A DNA stretch of 54,787 nucleotides, counting the filler, from Sluysia triapertura (lineage: Eukaryota), in NCBI GenBank assembly GCA_046118255.1. It is 4 parts of 4 records of this genome, joined end to end, with 100 filler letters (N's around TTAATTAATTAA, not from the genome) between each part and the next. Parts side by side here need not be neighbours in the genome. Positions count along the whole stretch, not along the records: positions 41,399 to 54,787 come from JBJNIA010043018.1; 3 more parts are not named here. One strand, written 5' to 3'. Of the stretch, positions 52,472-54,787 are shown piece after piece; the first letter of the stretch is position 1; the number at the start of each line of letters is the position of its first letter. The position numbers and the translations under genes are program-made. A model generated the notes under the pieces. That model was not told the origin of the DNA. It ran no database searches and was given only the letters and a program-made list of their open reading frames with translations.

Positions 52472-52925
52472 TCAAAAATATAAATCTATAAATGAAATGA
52501 ACACTAACCAACAGTTGAGGATAGCCCAAACCAATAGCTATTTGACCTAACCAATTAATGAAAACTGATATTGTCATAGCTCCACATCTTGAATCTTGAG
52601 TAAACATTTCAGCCACTATGAACCATGGTATAGAACCAGGTCCAATTCCAAAGAATCCAACATAAGTAAAAATGAAAAGCATAGCAGTGTATATTAAAAA
52701 ATTATGATTACGGGAAAATATAAGACAAAAAGATAAGAAGAGAGCTGAAAATAACATGCCAATCAAGCCAGATAAATGAAGAGTTTTTCGACCGATGCGA
52801 TCTACAATCATAACTGAAACAAATGTAATAACTACATTCGTAAGTCCAACTCCTAAAGTAGCATAAGTGGCATGTTTTTCTGAAAATTGAGCTGCAATAA
52901 ATATTTCATCTGAGTAATTTATCAC
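49784..52925 (-). CDS. Facilitated glucose transporter (SLC2A/GLUT class I, MFS), last two exons
   Basis: Exon 52925-52509 (417 nt; VINYSDEIF, DRIGRKTL, GPGSIPWFIVAEMF, INW; tttag| and |gttagt) and terminal exon 49996-49784 (213 nt; YSFLPF...LPETKGRT...DES*), joined in phase 0. Earlier exons lie beyond the window. Confidence 0.93.
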
Positions 52926-52942
52926 CTAAACAAAAATATGTA

Positions 52943-53000
<58 letters not shown>

Positions 53001-54714
53001 GAATAATAAGAATAAGAATAATAATAATAGCTATTATGTTAATAAATGAATAAAGATTATTATGCTGCTACATTGCTAATAAAATAAATGAATTACAAGT
53101 AGTGCAAAATAGTTGAATGCATGTTGAACGAAAGTAAGGTATGCATGTGTTACAAATGTTGAAGTATGAATAAACGTATATTGAACTAATATTGTCTAAT
53201 TAATATTTAATTAAAATTGTATGTTGAATTATTCTGAATTATTAATAGGTACATAATAATAATAATAATTAATTAGAATAAATTGTTAATTAATTATTGA
53301 ATAATTTTGTTAATAGATTGTAAATAAAAATTTGTAGGATTTTAAAATAGTAATACTGATAATTTCGTGCAGGTAAATAGTATATCAATATAAGTGTAAT
53401 TTTGGTGATTTGCAACATAAATAATACTAAACTTGATCGTGATTATCAATAATGTTTGATAGATTATTTGATAGGTAATTTTGTCGATAATTCTAAACGA
53501 TATTTATTTTTAAAAGAGTGAATAATCGAGTATTTTCCTGCATAAAATATGTAAAATGAGATTTTATTTTATAAAATAAAAAATTGTGAAAAAATTTTAT
53601 GTACGGTGTGAGATCCTAATTATATTTAATACATGATTTGAACAAATTATAATTTTTTGATAGTAAGGGATTAAAAAGTAAGATTTTTAAAATTTTTAAG
53701 ATTTACTGTATCTAAGTCTCAAATATTTATGAATAACATGAGTCTTATACTCGTCTCCGCTGTTCGAGATGGAAGTGCTTTGATAAATATAACGGTTTAA
53801 ACTTTACTACTTGGGGTTTTGTTTGTTTGGGCCTTACGTTAACTAACTTTATTCTCTTAAAATTAATTTTCTCAAAACTTTGTTTTTACAAGCCCCACTT
53901 TATCAATCCTTTTAGTTTAAAAATTTTTATTTAAAAAATTTTAGTTTAAAGTTTTATTAATACAAATTTTTAAATAACACAATCGTATTAGCAAATCATA
54001 AACGTTTTATCAAAACAACAAAGTTTTACTAATAAAATAGTATTAATAAAGTAAAGCCAAAAATTACTAATGCTTACTTTCAATGGATCAATCTTCGATT
54101 TTAATTAAATACTTTTAAATGTATAACTCGTAAAACGTAAATTGTGAAATAAAATTAACAGTACAATTTTATCTCGATACACTTATAAAATTAAGTGAAA
54201 AATTTAAATCGACCTCTATTTATACTTGCTAAACTAATTTTTGGCTTATAAATAATTTCTCAAAATTATAATATCAATAATTATATACATATAGAAAGTT
54301 AACAATGATAATAAATCGTGTATAAATCCAATCATAAAGTAGTAAGTTATATAATAATTACACATGCGATAACATATCACATAAGAAGATAGTACAGAGA
54401 AAATTATTAGAGAAAATTTACAATGATAATTTTTAAATGATTTAAAATTTAATCATATAATAATTACACATGTATAGAAAATTTAAAATAATTTTACATA
54501 ATTCTTGTTTTAAGTCTTATTTCAAATAATTTTGATCGATTATAATGTTATTAAATTTTAATTTCATGTTTATAAATTTTTTTATTTCATCTTATCTCTA
54601 TAGAATTTCAATTTAAAATGGTTATTATTTTATATTAATATTACGAGTATTATATTAATATTATGTGCATTATTATTTTTATAATATGAACATTACGTTA
54701 TTGAACATTATTAC

Positions 54715-54776
<62 letters not shown>

Positions 54777-54787
54777 TAATAATAATA

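Overview
Very AT-rich animal (invertebrate-type) genomic scaffold from a draft assembly, not prokaryotic. It has short GT-AG introns (37-54 nt) alongside kb-sized transposon-filled introns, many (AAT)n microsatellites, three plain N gaps and three artificial 100-bp N44-TTAATTAATTAA-N44 spacers. Recognisable genes: one internal TCP1/CCT-alpha exon (+); a divergent, frameshifted KDM1B/LSD2-like gene (-); the last 8 exons of a DDR-like receptor tyrosine pseudokinase (+, 12.8-25.5 kb); a divergent Vang/Strabismus exon (-, absent from the ORF track); an intronless, frameshifted p150Glued(DCTN1)-DCN1 chimera (+); an orphan 31-aa-repeat ORF; a decayed tandem CCCH zinc-finger gene; and the last two exons of a class I GLUT sugar transporter (-). 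Transposon remnants are BEL/Pao LTR, Polinton/Maverick polB, Tc1, mariner, hAT, pogo/Tigger, piggyBac and L2/CR1-group LINE. The most unusual items are (1) a ~52-nt covarying stem-loop/pseudoknot module (AATAAA, then GTGAGT, then an internal U1-like (A)CTTAC) found in three divergent LTR-like copies, (2) the DCTN1-DCN1 fusion, (3) the FAD-motif-dead LSD2 paralogue and (4) the DDR-like pseudokinase. All homology calls come from manual translation and remembered family motifs; no searches were run.
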